This document shows positions 46,085 to 55,164 of a stretch of 64,000 nucleotides of DNA, piece by piece. How positions within the stretch are numbered: position 1 is the first letter of the stretch; every line of letters starts with the position of its first letter. Both the position numbers and the translations under genes were made by a program. Source of the DNA: a virus (taxonomy: Duplodnaviria; Heunggongvirae; Uroviricota; Caudoviricetes); IMG/VR virus record IMGVR_UViG_3300031344_000001; one strand, written 5' to 3'. Below the pieces are notes generated by a model, which was given only the letters and a program-made list of their open reading frames with translations, searched no databases and had not been told where the DNA came from.

Positions 46085-46554
46085 GTTCGCTTCGAGGCAT
46101 ACCAGTCCGCCTGCTCGCAGGCGGGGCCGGGCGAGGCACCGACAACCTCGCGCGTGACGAGGTCACCGGCCTCTTCGCGTCGCCACGCCCACTCCTTGGC
46201 GACCTCGCTGTCGGGCTTGCTGTGGAACATCGTCCAGCCGGTGCACGTCGGGCAGCGCGCCACGACGCACTCGTCGACGGGGTCGGCGGGCGCAGGGGCG
46301 CGCGTCCCGCAGTCATCGCACTCCACCTCGGGCGGGTCCTCGACGTCCCGCGTGTTGCGGGCCTTGCGCGACCACGAGGCGTGCGTGCACATCCGCGGCG
46401 GGCGACGGCCACTCACGTTCGGGGTCCAGGCGTCGGACGGCGCTCCCTGATCGCAGCCGCACGAGGCGTAGCCGAGCCGATGCGCCTCGCACAGCGCTGC
46501 TGCCGTGGCGAGGTTCGCGACGAGCGTGCGGAGTCCGCGGGGGTCAACGGTCAC
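46063..46554 (-). CDS. Cys-rich hypothetical protein
   Basis: GTGA overlap; CGCDQG..C..CDDCG..CPTCTG. Confidence 0.45.
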   Translation of the reverse strand: MTVDPRGLRTLVANLATAAALCEAHRLGYASCGCDQGAPSDAWTPNVSGRRPPRMCTHASWSRKARNTRDVEDPPEVECDDCGTRAPAPADPVDECVVARCPTCTGWTMFHSKPDSEVAKEWAWRREEAGDLVTREVVGASPGPACEQADWYASKRTCVTETR

Positions 46555-46841
46555 GGCGTCCCTCGCAACGTGCGCAGGAAGCCGCGGCCTGTCGTCGTGA
46601 TCTCCCACACCGACGACCCCTCGCTGTGCTGGGTCTGCACGTGCCCTTGCTTGCGCATACGCCCGAGCAGCATCTGCGCTGCGTAGTGGCCTCCGCCGGT
46701 CGACGGGATCCTGCACTTGCCGTCCGGCCACACCGCCTGGCCCACCTCCCACGCGGCCGACGGTTTTGCTTCGAGGCACTCGAGCGCGAGCTGCGTCGGC
46801 CCTTTCGCACGCGGCGTGGTGATCTCTTTGACGCCGGTCAT
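46551..46841 (-). CDS. Hypothetical protein (96 aa)
   Basis: ORF track. Confidence 0.4.
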   Translation of the reverse strand: MTGVKEITTPRAKGPTQLALECLEAKPSAAWEVGQAVWPDGKCRIPSTGGGHYAAQMLLGRMRKQGHVQTQHSEGSSVWEITTTGRGFLRTLRGTP

Positions 46842-47116
46842 TCGCTCTCGTTTCCTGGTTCACCGTCCGCGTCACGCCCTGGCGCGTGGTGGTTGTTCGG
46901 ATCGTGAGGAACCTCGACGAGCTTGCGGGCGACGCGGTCGGCGTGCAGGGCGGCGCCGCACACGCACAGCTTCTTGCCGGTGCCCGCGATCGACCAGAGG
47001 TAGATCACGATGGAGGCGCCGCAGAACGGGCACGCTGCGACCACCGAGCTCTTGCCCATCGTGCGCACGCGATCGTGCGCTGTGTAGGGGCGTGCTTCCA
47101 CGCGCTTCTGGATCAC
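46838..47116 (-). CDS. Zinc-ribbon protein
   Basis: GTGA overlap; GGAG RBS; CPFCG..CVCG. Confidence 0.4.
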   Translation of the reverse strand: MIQKRVEARPYTAHDRVRTMGKSSVVAACPFCGASIVIYLWSIAGTGKKLCVCGAALHADRVARKLVEVPHDPNNHHAPGRDADGEPGNESE

Positions 47117-47592
47117 TTCGTCTCCTTGCTCAGGCGTTCGATCGTCGCGCGTACGCGCAGCCACCGAGAGCGCTCAGCACTCCCCTCGGCGTGGTCCATC
47201 GCGTGCCAGTGCGCCATCTCCATCGCGATGGCGGTGGACCTGTAGCGGCGTAGCATGCCGCGTGCGACCGTCTCCTCTTCGCCGGGTTCCGCGGTGGTCT
47301 CCATGCGGTTGATCGCGTCCCATACGTCCGCCTGGAAAGCGTGGAGCGCGGCGACTCCGGGGCTCGGTGCTGGGTGTCCGGTGCTCGCCTGGTAGGCGTT
47401 GACGTGGGAGGTCACAGCGCTCAGTCCTGCGGGATCGACGGGGGGTAGTTGCTCGTCCAGGAACACACCGATCCAGTGCTCGCACTGCGCGTCGAGGTCG
47501 GAGGGCTCTTCGTTCGCCACCTTCTCCGCGGCGAAGCGGACGGCCTTGCGCGCGAGCTGGTCGCAGATCCGCTGGTACTCCTCGATCGTCAC
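47113..47592 (-). CDS. Hypothetical protein (159 aa)
   Basis: GTGA overlap; GGAGGAAG RBS. Confidence 0.45.
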   Translation of the reverse strand: MTIEEYQRICDQLARKAVRFAAEKVANEEPSDLDAQCEHWIGVFLDEQLPPVDPAGLSAVTSHVNAYQASTGHPAPSPGVAALHAFQADVWDAINRMETTAEPGEEETVARGMLRRYRSTAIAMEMAHWHAMDHAEGSAERSRWLRVRATIERLSKETK

Positions 47593-47927
47593 GGCTTCCT
47601 CCACTCGCCCTCGCGGACGCTCTGAGCGGACGCCTTGTAGACGAGCCAGCGCTCCTGCGTGGTAATGAGGTTGTTGCAACGTCCGGAGTTCAGTAGCTCA
47701 CGCTCCTTGACGGCCTGCGCGTCGAACCATGCGGCGATTCGCTCCTCGTCTGTCGGGCCATCTAGCATGACAGCGACGGCCGCCTCAAGCAGCTTCGCCT
47801 CGTGGTTGAACCTCCAGTTGCGGAGGACCGTCGCGAGCATGCTGATGACGCGGGGTACCGAGGTCCCGGTGGCGACGATCGTTTCGACGACTGTGGCGAG
47901 GCGCTCGTGCGGGTCGTTGGGGCTCAC
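47589..47927 (-). CDS. Hypothetical protein (112 aa)
   Basis: GTGA overlaps on both sides. Confidence 0.45.
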   Translation of the reverse strand: MSPNDPHERLATVVETIVATGTSVPRVISMLATVLRNWRFNHEAKLLEAAVAVMLDGPTDEERIAAWFDAQAVKERELLNSGRCNNLITTQERWLVYKASAQSVREGEWRKP

Positions 47928-48688
47928 GACGCGGTCTCCAGCGGCTTGAGGAAGCGCACGAAGCGGCCCTCTGCGACGTTCGTGTTGTCTGTGGTGTCCA
48001 GGCCCTCGGACGGTTCACCGAAGCCGACGACCCGGCCTTCGTCACGCTTCTTCGAGGCGGGGGGTGCCGCTTCGCGCTGGATGGGGATCGTGATCAGGCG
48101 CGTGAAGTCGTAGGTCTCCATCGAGTTGAAGAGGACTTCGACGGCCTTCGCGTCTTGGGTGAGGCCCTCCCGATTGGCCTTCTCGATGGCGGCCTTGTCC
48201 GTGAGATCGATGCAGCGCTGCCATGCCTCGCACTGCATGATGCTGGCGAACGCTTCGACCTCTCCGCAGATCTTGCGCATCGTGGCGGCGATGACGTCCT
48301 TGGTGTCGAGCTGCGTGGCGCTCAAGAACGCGCGCGTCGTCCGCTTGTACGGGTCGTCGGCCCCGATGTCCTTGGCGAGCTTGATCATCGGCGGCAGGAC
48401 GCCGCGGGTCTGCGGGTACACGTTCAACACCGCGTGGTAGAGCCGCTTCCAGTCCATCAGCAGGTCGACGACGAGCGTGGCGACCTTGTCGTCGTCCTGG
48501 TTGTCGAGCACGCAGGTTCGGGGGTCGATGATCTCGAGGCCCCAGCCGCCGCTCTCCAAGAGCTTGTCGACGTGCTTGTGCAGCGTGACGACGAAGCCGA
48601 TGGGGTAGAGCCGCCCGCTCTCGCGCAGGATCGCCTTCCCCCCTTCGAGGAAGTGGTCCTGCATGCGCTTGAGGTCGTCTCCGGTCAC
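47924..48688 (-). CDS. Hypothetical protein (254 aa)
   Basis: GTGA overlap; the R-rich N-terminal 220 aa of the long ORF is rejected. Confidence 0.5.
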   Translation of the reverse strand: MTGDDLKRMQDHFLEGGKAILRESGRLYPIGFVVTLHKHVDKLLESGGWGLEIIDPRTCVLDNQDDDKVATLVVDLLMDWKRLYHAVLNVYPQTRGVLPPMIKLAKDIGADDPYKRTTRAFLSATQLDTKDVIAATMRKICGEVEAFASIMQCEAWQRCIDLTDKAAIEKANREGLTQDAKAVEVLFNSMETYDFTRLITIPIQREAAPPASKKRDEGRVVGFGEPSEGLDTTDNTNVAEGRFVRFLKPLETAS

Positions 48689-49077
48689 GCGCGCCTCGCA
48701 GCGTGTTGCTCGTTGTCGCGCTTGAGCCGCCGGACCCGCGCGCGCACGCGGCGGTCGTGCCGGGCCGCATCCCCGGTGTCCCGGGCAACCCGCGCGTGCC
48801 CGGCGGTGGTGAGCGAGAGCTCTGCGTCGACGCGGGCGTGCGTCAGGTGCTGGAGCATTCCGACGAGTTGCTCGATGAACTCCAGCGCGCAGGTCTCGCA
48901 CAGGTGCAGGAGCGGGCGTGACTTCACCTCGTAGGCGGACCCGTCGCGCTTGGTGCGCCGCATGACTTGGACGCGCGCGGAGTGGTCGCGGCAGTCCATG
49001 CACGGCCTGTTGCTGTCCGGCGTACCGACGATCCAGAGGAGACCACGGTTGACGCGGCGGAGCTTGCGAAGGGACAT
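48685..49077 (-). CDS. Zinc-ribbon protein
   Basis: CMDCRDH..CETC. Confidence 0.45.
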   Translation of the reverse strand: MSLRKLRRVNRGLLWIVGTPDSNRPCMDCRDHSARVQVMRRTKRDGSAYEVKSRPLLHLCETCALEFIEQLVGMLQHLTHARVDAELSLTTAGHARVARDTGDAARHDRRVRARVRRLKRDNEQHAARRA

Positions 49078-49080
49078 GGG

Positions 49081-49494
49081 TCAGGCTTCCTTCTTCTTGG
49101 GGAACAGGTCGTCGAAGATGTTGGGGACGTCGAGCGTCGCGAGCGCGGCGCGCCCGGCGGCGGTCAAGACCCGTCCGCTGGGGCCGCCGCGAAGGAGACC
49201 CTTGTGCTCCAGCGCGTGGCGCGTCTTGCCGTGGACCTGGACCGTGGCGTGCTGCTCGCGATTTCGGAAGTGACGGAGCGATCGGCGCTCGTTGTCGGTG
49301 AGGCGCACAAGCGTTCCGAGGAGGGCGGCCCGGCCTGCGGCGGTCAAGGACCACTGGTTGTAACGGTCGGGACCCCGGAGGAAGCCCTTGTGCTCAAGAG
49401 CGCGGCGCTCTTCGCGAGGTACGCGGGCCGTCGCGATGGCGGCCTCGTCGCGGAACAGCTCTAGGGCGTCGTGCTCCTTCGTGGTGAGCCTCAT
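49081..49494 (-). CDS. Tandem winged-helix-like DNA-binding protein (internal duplication)
   Basis: Two repeats: RALEHKGFLRG..LTAAGRAAL and HALEHKGLLRG..LTAAGRAAL. Confidence 0.45.
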   Translation of the reverse strand: MRLTTKEHDALELFRDEAAIATARVPREERRALEHKGFLRGPDRYNQWSLTAAGRAALLGTLVRLTDNERRSLRHFRNREQHATVQVHGKTRHALEHKGLLRGGPSGRVLTAAGRAALATLDVPNIFDDLFPKKKEA

Positions 49495-49595
49495 GACCAC
49501 TCGATCTTGTCGGCGAGCTTGCGAAGGAAGGCGCCTGCTTCAGCGCGGTCGTTGGTCTCCTCTTCGACGGACAGGCCGAGGTCGTCGGTGGTCAC
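49491..49595 (-). CDS. Tiny acidic peptide (34 aa) coupled on both sides
   Basis: GTGA overlap upstream and ATGA overlap downstream. Confidence 0.25.
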   Translation of the reverse strand: MTTDDLGLSVEEETNDRAEAGAFLRKLADKIEWS

Positions 49596-49948
49596 GACTG
49601 CCCCTTCCAGGGCCAGCGGCCCAGCTCGACCGACCAGTTCGGCGGCGGGAAGCGGTCGCCCGGCGCTCGCGGGCCGTCGTATTCGCGGTTGAAGCGCCAC
49701 TCGCCGACGCCCGGCGCCCACGCGGCCTCGACCACGGCTTTCGCGGCGTGATCGCTGTCGGCGCGTACGAGCGCGACAACCGTGCAGTAGGCGTCCGCGC
49801 CGTTGCCGCCGCCCAGGCCCGTCTCCCAGAAGGCCAGGACTTCCGGCGGGGGCGGCCACGCGACGGGACGGCTGTCGGGCTCGTGCTCGGCGTTGCCGTG
49901 CTGCGCCCACGAGACCCAGCGGAGGTTGTCGGTTATTGGCGTCGTCAT
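49592..49948 (-). CDS. Trp/Pro-rich hypothetical protein
   Basis: ATG with AAGGAAG RBS. Confidence 0.45.
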   Translation of the reverse strand: MTTPITDNLRWVSWAQHGNAEHEPDSRPVAWPPPPEVLAFWETGLGGGNGADAYCTVVALVRADSDHAAKAVVEAAWAPGVGEWRFNREYDGPRAPGDRFPPPNWSVELGRWPWKGQS

Positions 49949-50235
49949 AGGCTGCTTCCTTCTTTGAACGGCAGGAGTTTGAATTCTGTTGGCAGCTGTC
50001 GGTACAGGCGCTCGAAGGTGCTCGACTGCGCGAGCACGCAGAACTCGGAACCTTGCGCGCACTGGATCGACAGGACAGTCCTCGCGCCACCGCGCCCCTC
50101 GATCGTGATCGTCCCGGTGGAGCGATCCACGATCTTCGGCAGCATGAAGGGGTAGTCGGCGTTCATGGACATGCCGTCAGGGAGGGCGTGCGTGGCCTCG
50201 GTGAACGTACGAACGTACTTGCCGACGAGCGTCAT
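49945..50235 (-). CDS. Hypothetical protein (96 aa)
   Basis: ATGA overlaps on both sides. Confidence 0.4.
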   Translation of the reverse strand: MTLVGKYVRTFTEATHALPDGMSMNADYPFMLPKIVDRSTGTITIEGRGGARTVLSIQCAQGSEFCVLAQSSTFERLYRQLPTEFKLLPFKEGSSL

Positions 50236-50792
50236 CGGTCCGCCTGTGACGCGCGTGGGAACGACAGCGGCAGGTCCAGGATGCTCTCCAGGAGGTCGCA
50301 CTGGTCGTTCAGACTCTGGCAGCGCAGGCTCACGTTGCCGACGTAGGTCTTCTTGAGGTCGAAGATCTCGCTACGGATCGCCTGAAGCTTGGTGAGCAGG
50401 CGCTTCATCACAAGGCGCTCGTCCGCGGGGGCGGTCACGGGTGCCATCTCCGTGGCGCTGCCTTCCCCGCACGGGCCTCGCTTGATGAAGAGATCGTCGA
50501 GGGCACGCCCTAGCTTGAAGCGCAGGTATCCCTCGACCGCGAGCGCGACCCCGCGCGTGAGGACGTTGACCGGTGGATCCTCGTGAGGGGCTTCGCTGCT
50601 TGGCTTGTTCACGGGTGTGTAGAGACCGGCGACGAGGTCAGCGCCGACACACCAGCAACCGCGCAGAAACGACAGCTTCGGCCCCGGATCGAGGCGCCCG
50701 TTGGCGTCGTACCAGGTGATTCGCACCTCGCCGGACCAATCACCGTTGTGGCTGAGGATGATCCCGTTCGGCTTGTCGTCGATGCAGTGCAT
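50232..50792 (-). CDS. Paralog B of tandem pair (shared domain + C-terminal extension)
   Basis: MHCIDDKPNGIILSHNGDWSGEVRITWYD..VLTRGVALAVEGYLR aligns to the upstream gene. Confidence 0.5.
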   Translation of the reverse strand: MHCIDDKPNGIILSHNGDWSGEVRITWYDANGRLDPGPKLSFLRGCWCVGADLVAGLYTPVNKPSSEAPHEDPPVNVLTRGVALAVEGYLRFKLGRALDDLFIKRGPCGEGSATEMAPVTAPADERLVMKRLLTKLQAIRSEIFDLKKTYVGNVSLRCQSLNDQCDLLESILDLPLSFPRASQADR

Positions 50793-51323
50793 CTACTCCT
50801 CGATTCCACGCAGCGTGTCTTGGGCAGGAACGAGATCTTCGAGATCTTCGATGGCGCTCTCCAGCGTGCGACGTAGATACCTCTCGACGGCGAGCGCGAC
50901 CGCGCGCGTGATGACGTCGATCGGCGGCTCAGCCCCGGCGGTGAGTGTGAAGCGGCCGGCGATGAGGTCCGCGCCGTCGCAATGACACTCGCGCCATGGC
51001 TGCGCCTTGTGCGTGCTGTCGCCCCACCAGGTAATAAGGACGTCACCACTCCAGTCGGAATTGTGGTTGAGAATGATCTTGTTCGCCGAATCGTCGATGG
51101 TGTGCACGGTCAGTCCCCCTCGCGGCTGCTGAACGCTGGGACGGACTTCGCCACGCGTGCCAACGCGCTTGCCGCGGAGATGATGGATTATCGCTCGTAG
51201 GTCGTCGATCGAGAGCTGGCTCAGTTCAGTGCGCCGAGCACTCATTTGCGCTGGTGTTGGCGCTTCGAGTTCGAGGATTGTGCGCGAGAGATCAGTGCGT
51301 AGTTTGCGCTCTAGATCTCTCAT
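50793..51323 (-). CDS. Paralog A of tandem pair (N-terminal extension + shared domain)
   Basis: LTVHTIDDSANKIILNHNSDWSGDVLITWWGD..VITRAVALAVERYLR. Confidence 0.5.
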   Translation of the reverse strand: MRDLERKLRTDLSRTILELEAPTPAQMSARRTELSQLSIDDLRAIIHHLRGKRVGTRGEVRPSVQQPRGGLTVHTIDDSANKIILNHNSDWSGDVLITWWGDSTHKAQPWRECHCDGADLIAGRFTLTAGAEPPIDVITRAVALAVERYLRRTLESAIEDLEDLVPAQDTLRGIEE

Positions 51324-51357
51324 ACGCGGTGTCCTCTGACGCTCGTGACGATCTCCT

Positions 51358-51978
51358 TCATGACAGTCCCGACTCCTGCGTCTGCGTGAGCACGTAGACG
51401 ACCGCGTACGCGAGGTACCGCGCATCGTTCTCCTGGCCAAGCTTGACGTTGATCGTCGCTAGGTTCGGCTCGATCACGAGGGCCTGGATCTTTGCCACGG
51501 CACGGTCGCCGTAGACCTTGAACAGGTTGTCCGCCTCGTAGATCTGCGCCGCAGTCAGGAACTGCGGCAGCGCCATGGTCTTCACGACGAACCTCCGGTT
51601 GGGGTCTTCGGTACGCCCCCGTGCGCGACTGCTCCTTGCCTTTGTCCCAACACGTGGCGCCCTAGGGGCCCGGCGCTTCTTGCTGTCGCGGCGCTTCTTG
51701 CCGTCGCGGCGCATCAAGATTGTCGCGTCTGGATACGCCTTGAGAAGCTCACGCAGCACCTCGACTGGATTGCTGACTCCAAAGATGCCGATCAGACGCT
51801 CACCCGGATGCGCCGCGAACTGCTCTTCCGGCGTGGCGGAAAAACCGCCTGATGGGTTCGAGACCTCGAAGCTGACGAAGAGATCATCGTGGAAGCCGTA
51901 TTCGATACGGCTCGGTAGGAGTCGCATGAGCCGTTCATTCAGCTTGAGCCCGAGCTTCGCTGTGACGTTCGCCGGCAT
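51358..51978 (-). CDS. Two-domain hypothetical protein with basic KKRRDSKKRR linker
   Basis: ORF track; protein-like domains flanking a poly-basic linker. Confidence 0.5.
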   Translation of the reverse strand: MPANVTAKLGLKLNERLMRLLPSRIEYGFHDDLFVSFEVSNPSGGFSATPEEQFAAHPGERLIGIFGVSNPVEVLRELLKAYPDATILMRRDGKKRRDSKKRRAPRAPRVGTKARSSRARGRTEDPNRRFVVKTMALPQFLTAAQIYEADNLFKVYGDRAVAKIQALVIEPNLATINVKLGQENDARYLAYAVVYVLTQTQESGLS

Positions 51979-52024
51979 GGCCTTCTCCCTGCGCTCGGTT
52001 CGTTCCTTCGTGCTTCGTGCTCGG

Positions 52025-52930
52025 TTACTTCAAGGCGTTGCGGATCTTCTTGATCGCGGCCCAGAGGTCGTCCTTGGTGGCGTTGGTGTTCTCGTCGAGC
52101 TTGTCGAGGATCTCGCCCACCTTCTTGACCCGGGTCGACGGCGTCGCGAGCGGCGCCTTGCCGCTCGCCTCGCGGATCTTGGCCTTCACGTCGCGCGTCG
52201 TCGGGGCCTTGCCGCCGCCTGCGGCCAGGAGCCCGGTGAGCTGCTTCTCCTGCTCGGCCTCCGACAGCGCCGCCAGCTCGATCCCGCCGGTCGGCTTGAG
52301 GTCGCCCGTCATGATGGCCTTCCGCGCGGCCGGCCCGAGGTCGAGCAGCTTGAGGATGTCCCGGAACTGGTAGACGCTGAGGCCCATGATGACGGCGGCC
52401 TCGTCATCGGGGTACTGCTGCTTCAGCTCGTACGCCTGCTGCGCGCGGGCGAGCGGGCTCTGCTCGCGGCGGTGCGAGTTCTCACCGAGCTTGAGCGCCA
52501 GCATCTGGCGCGCGTCGCCCTGGACGATGCTCACAGGCAGGAACCAGGGCGCCAAGCCGTCGGCGACGCGACGCTTGTTGGCCTCGCGCAGCTGCCGCGT
52601 GCGCCCGCGGCCCGCCACGATCACGAGCTTGTCGCCGTCGCGCTTGGCGAGCACGTTCTGGATGATCCCGTACTTGTACGTGAACAGGACGTCCGCCTCC
52701 AGCACCGGAGCTTTGTTGCTCGCCTCGTCGTAGCCCCAGTGCGAAGGGCCGTCGTCGGTGTCGATGCCGATGATGAGGACCGCGTGCGGGTCGTACATCT
52801 TCACTTCTTTGCGGGGGGCGTTGTCGGCGCGCTTGCTGTGCGTCTTCGTCTTCGTCATGAGCGTTTCCTTGAGGGAGGTGACGAGAGCGGCGCTCTCGGC
52901 GAGGGGGGACGTTGCGGAGGTGTCGGTCAT
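52025..52930 (-). CDS. ParB-like partition/nuclease-domain protein
   Basis: GIIQNVLAKRDGDKLVIVAGRGRTRQ (ParB box); C-terminal HTH-like helical region; N-term MTKTKTHSKR. Confidence 0.75.
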   Translation of the reverse strand: MTDTSATSPLAESAALVTSLKETLMTKTKTHSKRADNAPRKEVKMYDPHAVLIIGIDTDDGPSHWGYDEASNKAPVLEADVLFTYKYGIIQNVLAKRDGDKLVIVAGRGRTRQLREANKRRVADGLAPWFLPVSIVQGDARQMLALKLGENSHRREQSPLARAQQAYELKQQYPDDEAAVIMGLSVYQFRDILKLLDLGPAARKAIMTGDLKPTGGIELAALSEAEQEKQLTGLLAAGGGKAPTTRDVKAKIREASGKAPLATPSTRVKKVGEILDKLDENTNATKDDLWAAIKKIRNALK

Positions 52931-52984
52931 GCTGGTTCTTAGAGCAGCTCTCGTGCCGACGCCGGCGACCTGTGGATTGGGACT

Positions 52985-53080
52985 GCACCGTCGTAAGCCT
53001 GCGGGCCCCAAGCCTGGGTGGGCGCGCACCCGTGAGCTCGCGTTTCACACGTCGCGGTGCACGGGACACGGGTGCTGGGG
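52985..53080. promoter_or_regulatory. Conserved noncoding element copy A upstream of ParB operon head
   Basis: CCTGGGTGGGCGCGCACCCGT..GTCGCGG..ACACGGGTGCT shared with 57125..57220. Confidence 0.4.
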
Positions 53081-53090
53081 TACCCGGAGA

Positions 53091-53330
53091 TCACAAGGCC
53101 CTCCTCCCGCAGAGCGGCGTGTAGTCCCCCCTCGCGTATCGATCGCAGCGCTTGACCGCCTCGTAGGCTTCGAGACTGCCGCGCTCTCCGCGGAGGACGC
53201 GCTGGACGTCGTCGAGGACACCGGTGACGCAGGCGGGGACGTGGTCATCCGCGCTGCGCGAGACGTTGCACGGTGTGCACGCGCAGTGCCTCGTGAACAG
53301 GTCGCGCAGGTCTTGGTGAGTCCGGATCAC
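53091..53330 (-). CDS. Small Cys-rich protein
   Basis: GTGA overlap; GGAGG RBS; HCACTPC..C..C..C. Confidence 0.35.
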   Translation of the reverse strand: MIRTHQDLRDLFTRHCACTPCNVSRSADDHVPACVTGVLDDVQRVLRGERGSLEAYEAVKRCDRYARGDYTPLCGRRAL

Positions 53331-54439
53331 GCATCCTCCAGGAGCGCGGCACCCGCCGCCGAGACCTCGTAGTGGACGCTTCCTTGGTCGTTGGTCTCGT
53401 TCACGAGGCCACGGCGGACGAGGGCGAGCAGCGTGGCACGGTTGCCCCACAGACCCCACTGACGGCTCTTGATGCCCAGCAGCACGCGCCGCATCTCGTC
53501 GGTGATCTTGGGACGTGGTGGCGCGAGTTCCCTGAGACCCCGGCGGTAGCGGAAGGGCATTCTCGTGCGATCGACCTCGACAAGGTCTTCGTAATGGAGG
53601 TGCGACAGCGCGACAGAGACGGTGCTGGACTTGACCGGTATCCCGCGCTCGGCGGCGATCTGCACGATCGCGTTCGTTGTGAGCCACGGGAAGTCTCGCG
53701 GGTGGCTGATGATCTCCAGCACGAGGGCCGTCGTTGTACCGGCACGCGGCGGTGGGCGACCAGGCTTGGGGTCCCGCCGCTGGGGGGCCGCCGTGAGCGC
53801 GGCCTTGTGCGCGATGTCTGCGGAAGCGTAGCGGCGGGGGTCGCCGTTCTGCCTCCGCAGCGGTTTGCCGTCGACGTACGCAAGCCACCGCTCTCCGTCG
53901 TGCCCCGCAGCGTCGTCGTAGACTACGGCCACGCGGGCACAGGGTTCTTTGTAACCAGCAGGGGTCCAGTGGACACCCGCGTAGCGGCGATGCCCCTCAT
54001 CACACAACGCGCAGCGGGTGGCTTCCGCGTCGTCGGAGTCGACCTGCGCGAGCGCCGCTTCGGCTGAGGCGAGCGCCGTCATGACGTTCTCGCCCGATAC
54101 CTTCCACTCCGGTACGTGGTCGCACAGGTTGAGCCCGGGGGAGCCGCTGCGGTGGTCGAGGCTGTAGCCGTCAAGGCCGATGAGCGTGCCGAACCCGTAG
54201 CGTGCGGCGAACTGCCCGAGCCCGAGCGTGAAGTGGGGATCGCGCTCGTAGGTCGCGTCCCAGAACTCGATCAGCGGCTCTGCGCTGTCGTGTTCGATGT
54301 GAGCGTCACGCCCGTAGCGGTCGCCCTCACGCACGAGACGAACGTTGAAGGCGCGTCCGTCGTTGTTGATGACGCGCGTGATGATCACCGGAGCAAGGAT
54401 CGCCACGATAGGAACTCCTTGGTGTGGGAGTGTGGACAT
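53327..54439 (-). CDS. Rep-like protein with C-terminal tandem winged-helix domains
   Basis: IVQIAAERGIPVKSSTVSVALSHLHYEDLVEV and RATLLALVRRGLVNETNDQGSVHYEV wHTH segments. Confidence 0.5.
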   Translation of the reverse strand: MSTLPHQGVPIVAILAPVIITRVINNDGRAFNVRLVREGDRYGRDAHIEHDSAEPLIEFWDATYERDPHFTLGLGQFAARYGFGTLIGLDGYSLDHRSGSPGLNLCDHVPEWKVSGENVMTALASAEAALAQVDSDDAEATRCALCDEGHRRYAGVHWTPAGYKEPCARVAVVYDDAAGHDGERWLAYVDGKPLRRQNGDPRRYASADIAHKAALTAAPQRRDPKPGRPPPRAGTTTALVLEIISHPRDFPWLTTNAIVQIAAERGIPVKSSTVSVALSHLHYEDLVEVDRTRMPFRYRRGLRELAPPRPKITDEMRRVLLGIKSRQWGLWGNRATLLALVRRGLVNETNDQGSVHYEVSAAGAALLEDA

Positions 54440-54768
54440 TACGGACGCACCGTCTCGACGTAGTGCATCTCGGTAAAAACGGCGTGGTGACCGCCAACGC
54501 GCCAGCGCACGATGCCGTCGACGATCGACCGCTTCGCCGCGGAGACGACCTGCCCGTGCCGTGAAGTCAGGTCGAAGTCCGCCGCGAGCGGTTCGAGGGC
54601 GCGCTCGAACAACGCTCGTGGGGCAGTCCAGTGACCGCCGGACGGTTCGTCCGACGGCTGCCAGCGGCAGGCGCGGAGCTTGCCCTCTTTGCACGAGGGA
54701 TCGAGCACGATGGCGACCTTGAACGTCTTGCACGCGCGGTCACGGCAGATTTGTCCTGGGGAGATCAT
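54439..54768 (-). CDS. Hypothetical protein (4 Cys)
   Basis: ORF track. Confidence 0.4.
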   Translation of the reverse strand: MISPGQICRDRACKTFKVAIVLDPSCKEGKLRACRWQPSDEPSGGHWTAPRALFERALEPLAADFDLTSRHGQVVSAAKRSIVDGIVRWRVGGHHAVFTEMHYVETVRP

Positions 54769-54787
54769 GGGCGGTGGTCCTCGCGAG

Positions 54788-54976
54788 TCACAGGAGCTTG
54801 TACTTGTTGTTCCGCATCTCGACCCAGCCGTGCAGGCTGGTTGAGAGGGCGTCGTGGACGTCGTAGATGGACGCTCCGATGTGGTGGGCGATCTCGCTGA
54901 GGGTGAGGGGCTGCTTCGCGCTCTTGAGCGCGCTCTTGATGCTGCGGCCGAGTTTGTTCAGCTCGTCGACGTCCAT
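54788..54976 (-). CDS. Small winged-helix-like protein
   Basis: LTLSEIAHHIGASIYDVHDALSTSLHGWVEM. Confidence 0.35.
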   Translation of the reverse strand: MDVDELNKLGRSIKSALKSAKQPLTLSEIAHHIGASIYDVHDALSTSLHGWVEMRNNKYKLL

Positions 54977-55164
54977 CACGAGCGGGGGCCCCCATGATTT
55001 GAGTCCTTCGCTCGCGCTTCCTTCGTGGCGCGGCGGCACGCCGCGCACGGCGGGTCCCCGACTGACTTGTAGACGTGGAAGAACTTGGACTTGAGGCGGT
55101 GTCGATCGCAGCGCTCGCGTGCTGTCTCACGCTTCGGGCGCTTGCGCTTGGGCCTGGTTGTCAT
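54976..55164 (-). CDS. Small basic Zn-binding protein
   Basis: MTTRPKRKRPKRETARERC..H..CAAC. Confidence 0.3.
   Translation of the reverse strand: MTTRPKRKRPKRETARERCDRHRLKSKFFHVYKSVGDPPCAACRRATKEARAKDSNHGGPRS

Noticed and set aside
53040-53060. parS centromere site (TGTTTCACGTGAAACA)
   Set aside because: Only a half-site-like CGTTTCACACG is present, not a palindrome. I mentioned it as a weak hint in the repeated-element finding.
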